The notes: generated by a model not told the origin, from the sequence alone. A stretch of 64,000 nucleotides of DNA from Lytechinus pictus (GCF_037042905.1 NW_026974141.1:13082001-13146000), one strand, 5' to 3'; positions 48,490 through 63,550 are shown, counted from the stretch's first letter. A program made the numbers and translations.

Positions 48490-51400
48490 ATGGAAGGTGG
48501 TCCCACAAAATCCGATATTCAGATGATTTTCAAGCGTCTACGTTCGATTACAACGAATAAAGTAAGTATTTGTGATGTTTCGAGACGATATGATTTAGTT
48601 TCTATGATTTCTCTGTTGCACATTTAATGAATTTACAATCAGAAAACGTAGCATATTTTCTCGTTCATGTTGTGTTGTGTGCGTCCCATTGACATTGCAT
48701 TCTGCAGTCTGATGACATGACAGACTGAGCTGAGATGATATTGAGAGGGGGAGAGAGAGAGAGCATAAATGTGCCGGTGGAAAACGAGAAGATTTTGGGT
48801 AGATTCTAGGCCTTAAACGTTAAAAAACTGTTGACATAACTCAGCTCATCGTGAATATATATTACATCTAGAGATCTGACTTAATCGCCTTCAGCTTGAC
48901 TTTGGACAAATTCAATGAAATTGTTGTGTGTTTTGGGAGTGACTTGATTTGTAAAATACTAAAAGTGCTTGTAAATGTCAGTTTGACAAGTTCAGCTTTT
49001 TGCACCTTGGCTTCATCAGCCTCGGCCTCGGGAAGTGTGCCGCGCTGCGCTGTGAGGAGAGTAATGCACCTAAAGTTAGACGCATCCCTCGACCCCTGGG
49101 AATGCTGCATCACTTGTCAAATGTGAGTCGGCAAGACAGAGTTCCATATGCCATGTATGCACCCCCACTAAAACTGAAAATAAAAACATGGAGAAGGTTC
49201 AGAATAATATATCTAGCCCTAATAGTAATATAGAACATATATGATGGGGGAGTGGAAATACACACCAAAATATGGCTTTATTCCGTCAAATTTCGAGCAG
49301 GATCTAGTATGTGTAATTGTCCATAGACATCGGTTTATTTAGTCAGTAAAGGGTCTGTGAGTCGTAGACTAGGCGAATTATCAGCTGATAATCGTTAGTA
49401 TAGCGGGAAGAGGTCTTGACTGATAAAACAAGGTGAGTTCGAGTCCCAACTAAGGTAAGCAAGAGTGAAAAAATGATAGAAAAATCTGAAGTGAACGAAC
49501 TGGAAGTCTCAACAATCTTTTGTTATATTTGGTGGGGGTCGCATATATGGAACTCTTTCCTGTGAGTCAGATTTTATTGTACCATGACGCACATGTGTGT
49601 CTTAACAATCATGCACCTTTAGTTTACTTACATGTATAATGACCCTGCCAAGGAATAAAAAGTTACACACCACAAAAGCCACCAGTTCAAGAGTTTGACG
49701 AACCATGACCATCTCCCTAACGCACCTTCGTCAGAGTAAAACGTCAGAGTCGGAAGAGTAATGTCTCGCTCTCGTGCGTGCAAGTGATCACCCAGTAAAA
49801 AATGTGAGCTTTGAGAAGGAACAATGCATAGAGGCCATGGCTAGACACATCGCATGAGAAACTTGTTTCATCCATTTGGGCCAAAACATGTATAAAATAC
49901 AAGAAAATGTGTAGATCTAGTAAATTCCGATACACGCCGAAAGGAGATCTATGAAAAGCTGAAGTGCATTAAGATCTAAGGAGTTTGCATACTGTTTAAA
50001 TAACTGTTTTGTGAAAAATAAGCGAAACTTTAAAATGTCATAACTTTCTTATTTTACATCCGAATTTTGATGAAATTTTCAGCATTTTTCTAGTTTGATT
50101 TTTCTTTGTTTATTCAAATAAACATTTTCCTGGGGAGGACTTGACCTTTAAAGGCCTGGTGACGTGATTTATATGGCGTATCCTGCGGAAATATACCCGT
50201 TTGTATCACTGAAGCATCATGACGCACCCATGTAAAATGACTGACATTGATGCACCCCAATCCTCAAACTGTGACAGACCAAATGTTTCCATGAAGGGTA
50301 CCCTGTATCACTAATTTGTTGGTAAATGACCCGACCATGTCGCACCGTTCCCGTGGCTCGAGGGGTGCGTCTTACAATTGATAGGTGCATAATTACTAGT
50401 AACTAATAGTCAATAGCATAAAAGATTAAGTTACTTTCCTGATGCCTACGACCTGGCATTTTTTTTTGTATCAATGGCACATCACAAAATATTGCTACAT
50501 CACGTATGCAATTTAGTACAAGATCTGGAGCACAATTTCCCGCAGGTGGTAAAATGAAACTTGTTTGAAAATAAATGTTTTGACAAAATGATGATTGAAA
50601 TCTGGCTTTCCTTTGTAAAATGCTAGACCAAATTTTTTAAATAGATTTTTTGATGGTCCGTCGCCATTTTGGCTTGAAACTCTAAATCTACATGATCTAA
50701 TGGAAACTGATTGCGCGATCGTTAGGTGGATCGCCAACCAGATGAAATGAAATCTATGCAGTGTTTCAATTGTCAATTTAGATTTCTTAAGCCTACACAT
50801 GCACAATAGAAACACCAAAATGTAGTTACATGCATTTAATTGCATTGTTTGTTTTTTTATTTGAAAAATATTAGATGTATATTTTTAATTGAGAACTCAA
50901 ATTTTGGCACCCTTCATCCTCAATTCTAATTTTCTTTTATTCATGGCACCAATTTCTGTGTCACTGCCATTGGCAAGTGCGCTTCTGTGTCACAATGAAT
51001 GCCAAAATTTTGGTTCAGTCACTTCAGTTTCACAGTGAGTGCCAAATTTATGTTGGAGTAATTGTTTAGGTATAAGCCAACTATCAGATATTTCTTTAAT
51101 ACATTTGACTGTATCTCAATTATTTTATAGGGACGGTGATTTTACGTTAAAAAATGGTCTGTTCCGTTTCCGAAAACGTGTAATTCATTTCAAACTCGAT
51201 CTAGATTGGAAATTCTATTTTGTCATGGAAAATTCATATGCCAAAACATGAATTCTATATAACAAAGGTAAATTCTATGAATTGTGACACAAAAGGTAAA
51301 GAACCCAAATGGATTCCTACTTTGATTTACAAGTACACATGTAGGCCTAAATGCAAAATCACTGTCCCTAATTATTAATCTCATTTGTGATAACGATTTC

Positions 51401-54400
51401 AAAATGAGATAATCAAATAAACCAACCATCCAAGTGTCTTTATTTAAAAAATGTGTCACAGGATTCTGAAAGAATGAAATACATGTAAGTGTTACGACTG
51501 TCATTTATCAATAACTTTATTGTTTTTTTGTTGCAGACATGCTTTGACTGCAGTTGTAAAAACCCAACCTGGGCTAGTGTCACATATGGTGTATTCCTCT
51601 GTATAGATTGTTCAGCCACCCACAGATCACTCGGTGTTCATTTAACATTTATCAGGTAATGTATGTGTACGCAATTAATTTCCTGGGGGCCGTTTCATTA
51701 AGCTGTTCGTATTAAGAACAACTTTAAGAACGACTGGTGATCCTTTCTTACGCGCTAAACCATCGCCAATGAATGTACCATTTACCACAAGAAAGGATCA
51801 CCAGTCGTTCTTAAAGTCACTCTTAACTTACGAACAGCTTTAGAAACACCCGCCTGGTATGGTATCTCAATTTGCTCCACAGTTTTCTACAACTGCAGCA
51901 ATTTTTTTTACATGTAGGACAGAACAGAACATAGTTGATTTTCATAACCAAAAATGCTAATCAAATTTAAGGAGTAAGAATATTCCCTGATGTGAGAGCT
52001 ACTTGTAAATTGACACATTTTTTGTGTGTTGCCTTTAAATTTTTTTTTTTACATAGGACTGTGACAGAATATGGTTGATTTTTGTTCTCATAACCAGAAA
52101 TATTAATCAAATTTAAGGAGTGACATTGTTCCCTGATGTGAGAGCTACATGTACTTGTATGAGCAAATTGACACAAATTTATTTTGTATTGCATTTTTTT
52201 TACATAGGACTTTACGGAATGAAGTTGAAAGATTTTCTTTCAAAACCAGAAGTGCTAATCAAATTTGAGGAGTAACATTGTTTGTTCTTTGATGTGAAAG
52301 TACTTGTATGAATTTTTTTAAACATAATTGAAAATTTTCTCTCATAACCAGAAATGCTAATGCTCCTGATGTGAGAGCTACTTATATGAGTAAATTGACA
52401 CAATTAAAAAAAAAATAGTTGTATTAATTGCTAGTAGTATTGTAAGACTTGTAACATTTGTAAATAATTGGTATAATGATTTCTATTTCTATTAGGATGT
52501 CAAAAAATAATTTTTGTTTGCTCTTTTGGTTTAATTAGCACAGTGATTCATAATACTACATGTACAGTGTATACTTGTTTGCGTGCTACTTTGTTTGCTA
52601 TTTGGGTTTATTTTTGCTCCCATTATACTGTATGATGGTTTGTGGTTTACTGGTGAAATATCATGGTAGCTGTGATATGTGTAAAATGATTTTTTCTGAC
52701 TGTGATAGCCTAAAAAATTATTTTCTATGAATATACATTTTCTTACCAATGTGATTAGAATACATACATACATGTATGAATGCCCCTACATGAAAATGTA
52801 AACCTTATTTTATTTCTGTTTGTGTTATGATTAAGTTTTTATGGGGTGGGGGGCTGCCAATGTTTATCCCATACATGTACATGTACATGTATGTGATGAC
52901 AGTGAATAGCTTTTGTCTACATTTTTAACAACTCATCTTTAGTACATGAATCTGTTTAAATGTAATGTCACACAAAGAACGAATGTCCTGTTACTGCTAA
53001 AATAATCCCCCAAAATGTTTGTTTTGCTTTCATTTTTGCTGTAGATCAACTCAATTAGATACGTCATGGACATGGCCTCAGTTACGTGCAATGCAAGTTG
53101 GAGGCAATGCAAATGCAGTAAGTTATTCTATTCAACCTAGGCTTCGATTTGCTGTCAACCATAGGTTTATCAATGTGTTTTTATTTGTATCATTATGTGT
53201 TTTTTGGGGGTGCTTTCAGTTGTGTTTTCTATACATGAAAAATGGAAAGTAGAAGATAATTTTAATCGCATTGATTTATATAAGCCTTGTTAAATCATTG
53301 ATTTTCATCAGAGGATCCAGTGTTTCAAAGATGTTTAGAATAAACTCATGTTTGTGTTCAAATGATTCTTTGTTGTAAAAATAAAAATATTTATGCAAAA
53401 ATGAAACATAAATAAATGCATGGTAGCTAGAAATGCTTGAATGTATAAAAATATCATTCATCATTCTCTGACGCCATTATAGATTGGACACGCATTGCAT
53501 ACACTCCAAGTTGACTTATACGTCATGACCATATGTCAAACTGCGCAGTTCATTGGCATGAGGGAGTCTCGGCACCGATCGACTGATTAAAAATCTCTCT
53601 CTATGGGTACCCCATAGTAGCTGTGTATATTTGAGTTTGATATTGATTTGATATTTATTTAGGACTCTAGTATGGAATAATCACTGGGTCTGGATGATTG
53701 ACAGATTGTTAATTTAGGTTTATATATATAGCTCTACATTTACATAATGCATGATTCATGACACATACATGTTATTCTACTTTTGGTTGAAGCTTGAATT
53801 CATCTGGTATGAATATTCATCTCTATGTGTATCAATAATTTATGCATACACTGTATATTCATGACACTTGCATTCTCTATTCTCTGTTTTCATAGGTCGC
53901 TTACTTCAGACAGCATGGAGCTTCGACCAATGACGCTCAAGCTAAGTACAATAGCAGAGCAGCCACGCTCTACAAGTCAAAGATCAAGGAACTCGTAGCA
54001 GCCGCCATTAGAAAATATGGCAAAGAGGTAAGTTTCGAAATGGCATGAAGCATGCAAAGTAGGAAAAAAAATTATCTTGCATGTTGTAGCACCATTATGG
54101 GGAATCCCATACTATTTGTCATTCATATTCATACTTTAAATATTAATGTGTGAGATTTTATCCATTGGTTTTATTTATGGGTTTGTTTGGGGAAGGCACT
54201 GTACACTGTTTAAGATGTCCACTAATCGGGAAAGCTATGCTTCTGCCTTATGTCTGCATGCACACATTATGACCCTGTTCTCATTATATTACCTAAAACT
54301 ATATAGTTTCTTGGAAACTGGTTCAGGAAACCAGTTTGGAAGATCGCTTTGCTAGCATTCTCATTTAATCACCCGAAAGTGGTCACTTCACTTCATTCAA

Positions 54401-57400
54401 AGCGGTCTTGCTGCTACGGGAACACTCTTGGTGTGGTGACTTGTTTCATGCAATATTTGAAACTGCAGCATAGATATTCTGCACACAGTGTGTTGAGTAG
54501 CACGCTCAAAATGTGCGAAGATTGCTTCCTGGAGAACGGTTGTGTCCTCATGTACGCTACAACCAGTTTTAGCAAGGCAAAGCGATCTTGAAAACTGCAT
54601 CGCAAGGTGGTTTTCCAAACAGGTTTGGATGATCGCTTCCAAGATCGCTTTGAGCGTTCTCATTACGCGTTAAACCAGTTTCCACTAAACTAGTTTTCAC
54701 TAAACTAGTTCCTAGTGAACTAGTTTTAGGAAGTTAATGAGAATGGGGTTTATAATACAGTCACATCAATGAAACCGACTCCAAATCAATCAACGATATG
54801 CCATTTAGAAATAATGCAGTAGCTTTGATCGGTATGGAATTGGTATCATTGGTGTGAATGTAGTATTACTCTCCGTGTTATTGAAAGATAACTTGTCATG
54901 GTTTATTTATAATTATATATGTAGATCTGCCTGTGCGGGGGGTATGAATAGGTCCTTGAGTGCACCGGTTCCATGACATTTGCTCCGGTGACAATAGCTT
55001 CACTCTAAATTCCACACACTAATCGAATGACCAGCTTCAACCCTTGGTTTAACACTATACCCAACCCTAAATCTGCTACGCTCTAAATTCCACACATTAA
55101 TGGAATGACCAACTTCAACCCTGGGTTTAACACTATACCCTACCCTAAACCTAACATAAAACCCTATTGCAACCCTAACCCTACATCTTAGACAAAATTA
55201 AACCCGGAGCAATTGTCGTATGAGCAGATGTCGTGTCACCAGTGCACCTACTATGTTGGGAGCTGGTGTTCTTGAAACTGCCTTCTGCCTTGAACTTTGA
55301 TATGGAGTGGATTATTATTTGCTGAAATCTGATATCATGAAAAGCACTGGAAGTGTATATGCAATATCTTCAGGGCTAAGCCAATTATACTTCCCAACAG
55401 GGAATAATTTGCTTTGCAAAATAGCATTTTTGGTCATAAGAGAAAAGCTCTCAACTTAGGAATGTACAGTCCTATGTAAAAATATGCTATACAAAAGACT
55501 TGATGCATAGCAGTCTTTTTAAAATGTGGAGCAAATTGTGATGCGATACCAGGAAAATCATTCCCTGCCCAACGACATATATTCCCTTCCTGTGCCTTCT
55601 TCAGGGGTTTTCTTATTAGGGGAAGTGAAGTACATTATACAGTGTTCTGGCTAGAGACCTTGTAGTGGTGGTTGCAATTCCATGGGCATGGCAATATATT
55701 TTTTTAGGTTGAGTTTAAGTGAATGAACATCATGTAATAGCTATCTGAAATATGGAAATCTTTAAAAATTAGAAGAAAAAAAATTAACAAATGTAAAGAG
55801 AATGCTTGTAAATTATGCAAGTAAAACAAGGAAGGATGGAACAGTAAAGACAGAAATTAACGCAAGTACAATTTGTTGTCTTCCCGCAGAAAGGCCGTTA
55901 ACGTATTTTGGCGCCAAAAAATCTTCTTTTTTTTTAATTGCTGAAATGGAAAAAGCATGTCATGAACTTTCTTCTGGTACCATTCTCGAACCTAAATGCG
56001 ACGTCATTATGACTTAATAAGCAAGAACATTCCCACGTGCTTTTAATAGACGCGTCCTTAGTCTGGGATCAAGACGCTTCCCGTTCAACGTGCGTGCGCG
56101 CATTGACCGTTTTGCGCTAGCAGCCTTTCTGCGGTCACTGGATCAGCGGATTGCATATTTTTCTTCCCGGAAAAAGGGCGTAAGGTATTCCTTAAGATTA
56201 GAATGCATTTTGAGTGTTTTAAATTAAAAAAAAATATCAATGAAGAAAACAACTTGCTTTGTCAGAAAGTATGAGAATTAGGACAGAATATAATACACTA
56301 GCTGCTAAAAGCACAAAAAGAAGGTCAAAATATAATTTGCGTTTTCTTGAAAATGTACTTTTCGCCACTAGCGTACCTACGGGGGGGGGGGGGGCAGACT
56401 GCCCCCCCTGACGAGTCACAACCAATGCAAGGGACATATCCCTGTCCCCCTGACGAGTTACAACTGACTCCCTGGCTCGCTCCTTTGAACTTGAAGACCT
56501 TTTTTTTTTGCTTGTCAAATTTTTTCCTGGTACGAAATCCTTTATTTGTGGTTGAAGACCTGGTTTTTTTTTTTTTTTTTTTGCGGACGAATTTGCCCCC
56601 CTGTGAAAAATCCTAGGTACGCCACTGCTTTTCGCGCATGTGCACGTTAACAGCCTATCTGCGGGAAGGCGACAAATTCCTCTATGCAAGGAGTTGTGTT
56701 TGAAACTTTTTTTTTCATATGATACATTGATAATACACAAGCATGATAAGAATAACATTAGACAGGAATAAAAGACATAGGCCTGTGATTCGCTCCATCT
56801 TTTATTCTGTAGATGGATAGGAGTAAGAAAGAAGATGTATTGAAACGGGTAAGTATATGATGGTATTGGATTGATCCTACTGCTACTATGGTGTTAAGGG
56901 GTAGAGCCAAGTAGGACAAGGCAGGGGCCGCGGAAGCGGGGGGGGGGGGGGGCTGGGGGGGCTTCAGACCCCCTACTTTTTTCCAAAACTATGTACAAAA
57001 ACGTAAAAATAACCATACGATTGTGATTTTTTGCATGGTCAGCCCCCCCACTTTTGGCTCAGCCCCCCCCACTTTGAAAACCGTTCCGCGGCCCCTGCAA
57101 GGCTTAAACCAGGTCAAAAGGCTGAGAAATGAAATGTGCTGTGGCTGTATAGTGTAGTTGATGGGAGACTAATCCCTTTCGCAGAGCGAAATAATAGCAG
57201 GGCCCGCTGGGAGAACAGTTTTCGGAACTGAAGTGGCTACCCTGGGTAAATATACTGTTAATATTATTATTATTATTAATCCATCTGCGTCTCTGCTTGC
57301 ACAGTCATCTGCTGACCTTATGGTCGAACTTGCTAAAGTAAAACTAAGCGATGTACTTGCATATGAGCCCTCGTACTAGGTCTAAAGGCAATTTCTGTCA

Positions 57401-60400
57401 TTGAGTTGAGTGCCCATATCATCTCCTGAGTGCTTTTCCAACCTTTGCCACACTTTCCAACAGAACGAATTAAACCTATTGTCTCCTGCAAATGGTAGGT
57501 TTTTGTCAAGTAAGATTGAAGTAGGAAAGGGTTTTTCCTCCAAGATTTCCTGAAAGAGGGGAATTGAAAAGAAAGACTATCGTTATCCAGACCTTTAAAA
57601 AGTAAAAGAATTTTGGTTTTAGGTAACTAATTACCGGTATTTATATTAAAGCAAGGGCAATTTCTTGATGTTAAATATTATAAACAGAAAGGTATAATAA
57701 AACCACCATTCCTAAGGTGTTTCTTTACAAAAGGATCAACTCCATTTGGTTTCTTTTGTAGTTGCTAGTAAATAATTAACTATACAAGCAAAATGGGTCA
57801 TCTGTAGCTAAGGGTTGGTTGTTGTCTCTACATGTACATGTAAGTCTAAAGCAAAAATAGGAAATTATTTTATTTTGCTTCTAAGTGTAATTGCTTGCAA
57901 GCATTATTCTAGCTTTTTTTCTTTTTTTTAAACCAATTTTTAAAAAGCTCTTTCGGTGGTTTTAATTTAAAGTGTGGTTTCCATGGGACTGCAAAAGGTT
58001 TTGGAAGGATGTGAATATTAAATAATAGCGAAGTCCATTACTTGCATTGCACGGGGAAAAAGTGTGTCAAAAGTGTGCAAAACATGCTTCTGAACCTGTG
58101 CGTAATTTTGCTGCATAAAATACAAATGTTGGTCTTTGCCATATTTTTACAATCGTACCCTTTGCAGAATGTTGGTGAGCCCGCACCGACTTTAATCTTG
58201 AACATTCATGGCTAGCTTTCTGTTCCTTTGTTGAGTTGTTGTTGTTGATGTTATGCTGATATTTGCTGCGTTTTTAGGATTCTTTCAAGGCTTTACAACA
58301 TGTACGGGTTGAATCCAAGGTTCTGTATCATAAAACCTGTAAAAAAGTTTGCTAATAGCCAATCAGATGCTCCGATTTCAGTAGATTTTTAAAGTAATTG
58401 TATTGCAAGTTTGCTGAAATGTGACCCTCTGTTGTGTTTTTTTTTTCATGAAGCATTTTATCAGTTGCAAGTTACAAACTACACATTATTTGGGGCTGAA
58501 ATTATTGCATTTTATTATTTTAGCGTAGAGCAATAGAAACAGTCTATAAAGTATGACTGTCTCTATTAATGGAGACTACATGTACTTATATCCATATACT
58601 AAACTGCACTACCAGTACATTTATGCTTTACATGTAGATTGATATTGCAGTCTATATGTAAGAATTAGACGTGGCATTTTTAGTAACTTGGACTTGGCAG
58701 TATTGTATTTCAAAACTTGATACACTTGACTTTGCTCTTGATTTTGTTTATGTTAAAGGCATTGGTAGTTAGTGATCAATGCAGCTGTGATTGAATAAAC
58801 CTTACTGAATGCATCATAGCTGGGTAGACCAGTGAGCTAGAGAATAGATTATAATGATCCATATTTGTTGCTGTTTAATTTCATCTTGCAAAGTGAATGC
58901 AGTCATGAGTCATCCATTGGCACATCAATATTAATGTGGAAATTCATTCATTGTTATGTGGGCCAACTAATTGATGGAAGCCTGTTGTGATCATGTTTTA
59001 TTCGACTTGACACTGTCTATTAGCATTTATCTTTCAGTGTTGCATTTTTTTATTTTGCAGTTTATCTGTCAGAAATGAATAGAGATTAATCATTAAAAGA
59101 ATGCCAAGAAAATAACAAATTTGCTTGGAAATTGCCATATACATGCATTTCAAGTTTATGATACAGTGTCAATTAAAAAATTTTAGCGATAATTTTCTTC
59201 TGTTCTTTTACATTAAATCCTGTTTGACAATTTATGATGTGCTTGAGACATATCCTGTATCTAAATCAAGTCCTTGCAGGTTATCATTACCGTGGGAATC
59301 TGATTCACTCAGTAAATTCAGTGCACAACTTATGTACATTCTCCACTCCCTAGGGAGTATTCCAGCCAGCCGCCATGTGAGGCAATCTACGGTGACTTTC
59401 ATACCCTCCACTCCCCGGGGAAGTATTCCAGCCAGTCACACAAGGCATTCACAATGTTGGGCTAATGCAATGACTTTTACACCCTCCACTCCATGGGGGA
59501 GTATTCCAGCCAGTCATGCTGGGCAATCGACAGTGACTTTCACACCCTCCACTCCGTGGGGAAGTATTCCTAGCCAGTTACCATATGAGACACTCGATGC
59601 TGGGCAATCTACAGTGACTTTCACATCTTTAATACCATGTTTGCCTTCTTTTGTTCTCACCCAACAGCTTCATCTTGAGGACTTTGTTCAGTCGCCTCAG
59701 CAGAAGGAAGTAGATTTCTTTGAGGAGCATGCCGATGAAGCGCCCTCTAACATCACACCCATCCCTGCAGGTACAAGCAATGGCAGGTTATCAAGCAATC
59801 CAGAACCGGTCAAAGTTCCTGCACCATCAGCCTCTCCAAAACCAGGTGAGACATCATTGCTTTATTGTCTCGCTCACCGGAGGTGAAGGCGAGACTTACG
59901 GATCCAAATGTCGTCCGTCCGTCACAAACCTAATGACACATAACTCCACAACTGTAAGTCGCTTTTCAACCAAACTTGAATGGTAGATGGACTTGGGGGA
60001 CCTGCATGTTATTGCTGCAGTCGGAGGTCACATGGTAAGGTCAAAGGTCATTTTCAGGTCAACGTTAAAGTTTACATGCAAGACTCTTATGACACCTAAC
60101 TCCGCAACAGTAAGTCGCTTTTCAACCAAACTCTGATGGTAGATGGACTTGGGGACCTGCATGTTATGCTGCAGTCGGAGGTCACATGGTAAGGTCAAAG
60201 GTCATTTCAGGTCAACATTAAAGTTTACGTGCAAGGCTCTTATGACAAGTGTTATTCCATCCCAGTCATTTCACAATGAAGTTTCGATACAATTCTGTTG
60301 CGTGCCCTCGCAAATCACGATATTTCTGGTTATTTTTATAAGTGGGCGAGACACAAAATTGCTTTTGCCTTGTTGAATGATTAATGGCTGAATTCTAATC

Positions 60401-63400
60401 TTATGCCTAAATTAGCATAATTAATATTATATATAATATAGTATAAATTTTAATGAATTTTTAACAATTCAATATACAATTTTGAAGATTGTGTTGGTGA
60501 GTGTGGCTAATGCAATTTCAAAATAGCCGTAGTGGGTGTTTTATAAAGCTATTCGTAAGTTCTGACTTGAAGCACAACTGGTGAATCTTTCTTGCGCTAA
60601 ATGATCCTTATGTGGCTAACTTAGCATGTAAGCGAAAACAAGTTCCAGTCGTGGGTAAAGTCATATGGAACTTTATGAACAGCATTATGAAACACCCACC
60701 AGGTTATAATGGGTTAAGGGGAAGTTGTACCTAAAAATGAGTATGTAAAAAAAAAAATCAACATATGATGAATGATTATTTTAAAAAGTAGATGCTGGTG
60801 TATTTGTTTTAAAAGGGGCAGTCCTTTACGAAAAGACAATCGGTGTAAAAGCAGAATAATTTAGATTTCAACAAATCAATATACTCTGAACACAGAGAAA
60901 TTTTATATTTAAAACTATTTGTTATATATATGTATATATATATAGATTCTATTAATTTTTTTCTTACTAAATGCCTTGTGGAGTCGACACCATTAATGTT
61001 TTCTTGATGTTTCAATACATCCTTTTATGTTGCAATAAACCCTGTTGCATATCAATGTACCCTTCTCAGCCCCCGAAGAATCAGTAGGTGCACCTAACGT
61101 TGAAGCCGCTCTCAGTACGTCGCCCTCTCAGGTCAAAGTAGAACCAAGGAAACCCACTATAGGACAGAGGAAACCTGCAAGCGCAAAGAAAGGGGTAAGA
61201 TAACGCTAATCTTGATCATCCAGCAATATTCTTAGTATAGCTATAGGCACCATCTCAGGGAGAAATGACTGGCTGTGATTGTTAAAGGCCCCATATTTTA
61301 ATACAATAATTTTGTTCATCCAGGGAAATCTTGTTATAAAACAAAACTGAATAATCAAACTCAGGTCCATAGAAAACTAGAAAAAAAAACAATTTAGTAG
61401 ATACTAGTACTTTAACATATATATCTGCACCCACATAAAAAGCAGTGAGATCTTAATTTAAGCAAGAAGATTGAGAAATCCTTTTTACAGTTCCATTTGA
61501 TTGATTTTAAAATTTAAGAAAATTTGAAAGTTCTGCTCTATAGGGTTTCAATTTTTTATCCAGTTTTGAATTTTAATGTATTTTTTTTCCATAAAATCTG
61601 TGAAACGGATAATAGTGTTAAAATATTCCTTCATTGTCAATTTTTTATCCAACAGCTTGGAGTGAGGAAAGGCAAAGGACTTGGAGCTCAGAAGGTCAAA
61701 GCAAACTTTGATGATATAGAATCTCAGGCTCAGCAACAGGATAAGATGAGGGAGGAGAACGCTAAGATGGTGGAGCTTCAGAAAGCCAAGACAAAAGAAG
61801 AGGAAGAAGCCAGGATGTAAGTCCTGCTCTTAAACTTTGTCTTTCAAAACATTTTGGCCGGAATTTACAAAGGTGGTTTTGAAAACCCACGGTTGAATAA
61901 GATGAGGGAGAGTGGACTCATTAATTCAAAACAGTGGACTCATGAATAAATTAGAGTGGATAACCACGGCAACAGGCGTCAATTTGGCGCACTGTGACAA
62001 AAGCGTGCATCAGCATTGGACATTTTTTTAATATACGCGGTAAATAGGCGTAATTCATACAGGAAATCTGCATAAACCATGGACTCAACCGTGGCTTTTC
62101 AAAACCACCTTTGTGAATTCCGGCCTCGGTATTCCTCAACATTGATATTGTATGAACCCAACTATATTAGAAAAGATGAGATTCATTAGTGATATAAAAA
62201 CATAAAACTTAAATGATTTTAAAATGTCTTGGGTTGTCCTCGGAGTTTCCATGTAAAGATCCAAATGAAAGGTCATCTGATATTCTTTTAATAATAATAA
62301 TGATATAATATAGGGTATTTATATTGCGCACATATCCACCTTGTTAGGTGCTCAAGGCGCTCCTATATTACCCGGCTAAGCTAGGCGTTCATAGCGCACA
62401 CAGCTTTTTATACTTCCTACCGGTACCCATTTACCTCACCTGGGTTGAGTGCAGCACACTGTGGATCAGTTTCTTGCTGAAGGAAATTACGCCATGGCTG
62501 GGATTCGAACCCACGACCCTCTGTTTCAAAGTCCGAAGACTAATCCACTGGGCCACAACGCTCCACTCCACTTTTAGCCTTTTCTGGTGACAATTTTCCA
62601 AAATCATTTCAACGAACTCCAACTGATGCTCTCTATGCAAATAATACAGCTGACAGTTTCTTGTAGTTCTTCCAGCAATGCAAATTTCTAATGTACGCCA
62701 CATAAATGAAAATCTCATTGATTCTACATGTGAGCGACATTTTTAACGGTAATCTCACACAAATATATTTTTTAAATCTTTTGGTGGGGGGGGGGGGGAT
62801 TTAAGTCTTCTCTTAATTAATTTTGCTCAAATGTATGTCATCTACATGTATGTTTGAGGTTTACAGTTTGATATCAGTGTTATCAGGAGGTCATCATTTG
62901 TATTTCAATGAAATTAAATGAAATCAACAAAGTTGTTGAATATTCAAAATGTGACCTCTCCTACTTTTGGAACATTCTTAGAATATTAGATATGCGGGCT
63001 TTTCTGTCGTGTCAATAGTAAATTGAATATCATTTAATTTGTGTGACTAGCCCTGCATCAGGTCAGTAATTTCAAAAATGTTTACATCAATCTGAATTCC
63101 ACCTTTTCGTTCCTTCTCTTTTTTTCTTTCCTGTTAATTTACTTCTTTTTTTTCATTTCAAAGGGGATCCACACTTTACAAGCATTGCTTTTAGTGGACC
63201 CCCTCATTTCCATTTATGCTCAATTTTATACTGGTTTTTTTTTTTTTACGAGATGTTCATCTGTAAAATTGTATCCGATTTATATTACTTTGTATTATGT
63301 TTGAATGGAAATAAAATAAAGAATTGTATTGAATTGAATCAATGAAAGAGCATATCCTTGATAGATGAATTCACCTGTTAATCTCTACTTAAGCCTCTCT

Positions 63401-63550
63401 TTGTTTTGATTATGTATTCAGGGCATCCATGCGTCTTGCCTACAAAGACATGTCAGTCGAGATGAAGAAACAGGAGGAAAAATTGAAGAAAGAAAATCCA
63501 AACAAAGCCAAACAAATGGAACGCCTTGGAATGGGTTATACTGGTAGAGG
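48490..63550 (+). CDS. ARFGAP2: ADP-ribosylation factor GTPase-activating protein 2/3 (partial, 8 coding exons; continues beyond window)
   Basis: Exons 48490-48561, 51537-51655, 53045-53117, 53896-54027, 59668-59845, 61070-61194, 61656-61816, 63422-63550. [64 protein letters not shown] zinc-finger GAP domain; [14 protein letters not shown] and ERLGMG motifs of ArfGAP2/3. Confidence 0.93.
54967..55240. mobile_element. MITE with internal AACCCT-like repeats
   Basis: 8-bp TSD AGTGCACC; imperfect TIRs; internal ~65-bp duplication. Confidence 0.7.
56366..56627. mobile_element. hAT-like MITE
   Basis: 8-bp TSD CTTTTCGC; same family as 19550-19741. Confidence 0.8.
56922..57097. mobile_element. MITE with 5-bp TSD
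   Basis: CAGGGGCCGCGGAA...TTCCGCGGCCCCTG, TSD CAAGG. Confidence 0.75.
59335..59630. repeat. ~60-bp tandem repeat derived from a SINE body segment
   Basis: CTCCACTCC...GGGAGTATTCCAGCCAG x4 is the reverse complement of the SINE segment CTGGAATACTCCCCAGGGAGTGGAG (32017-32041). Confidence 0.75.
59862..60374 (+). mobile_element. Helentron-associated (DINE-1/HINE-like) non-autonomous element
   Basis: TGTCTCGCTCAC subterminal repeat with nearby GGCGAGAC, (TCCG)n microsatellite, two ~160-bp internal tandem repeats, 3' GTGGGCGAGACA followed by a short tail ending in TT. Confidence 0.6.
61856..62125. mobile_element. MITE
   Basis: GGCCGGAATTTACAAAGGTGGTTTTGAAAA...TTTTCAAAACCACCTTTGTGAATTCCGGCC. Confidence 0.8.
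62290..62564 (-). mobile_element. tRNA-derived SINE
   Basis: Minus strand TGGCCCAGTGG A box, GGTTCGAATCC B box, (TAT)n tail; a fragment of a related body lies at about 63930-63990 on the plus strand. Confidence 0.85.

Noticed and set aside
55040-55185. Telomere-like AACCCT repeats
   Set aside because: Degenerate and internal to a TSD-flanked MITE
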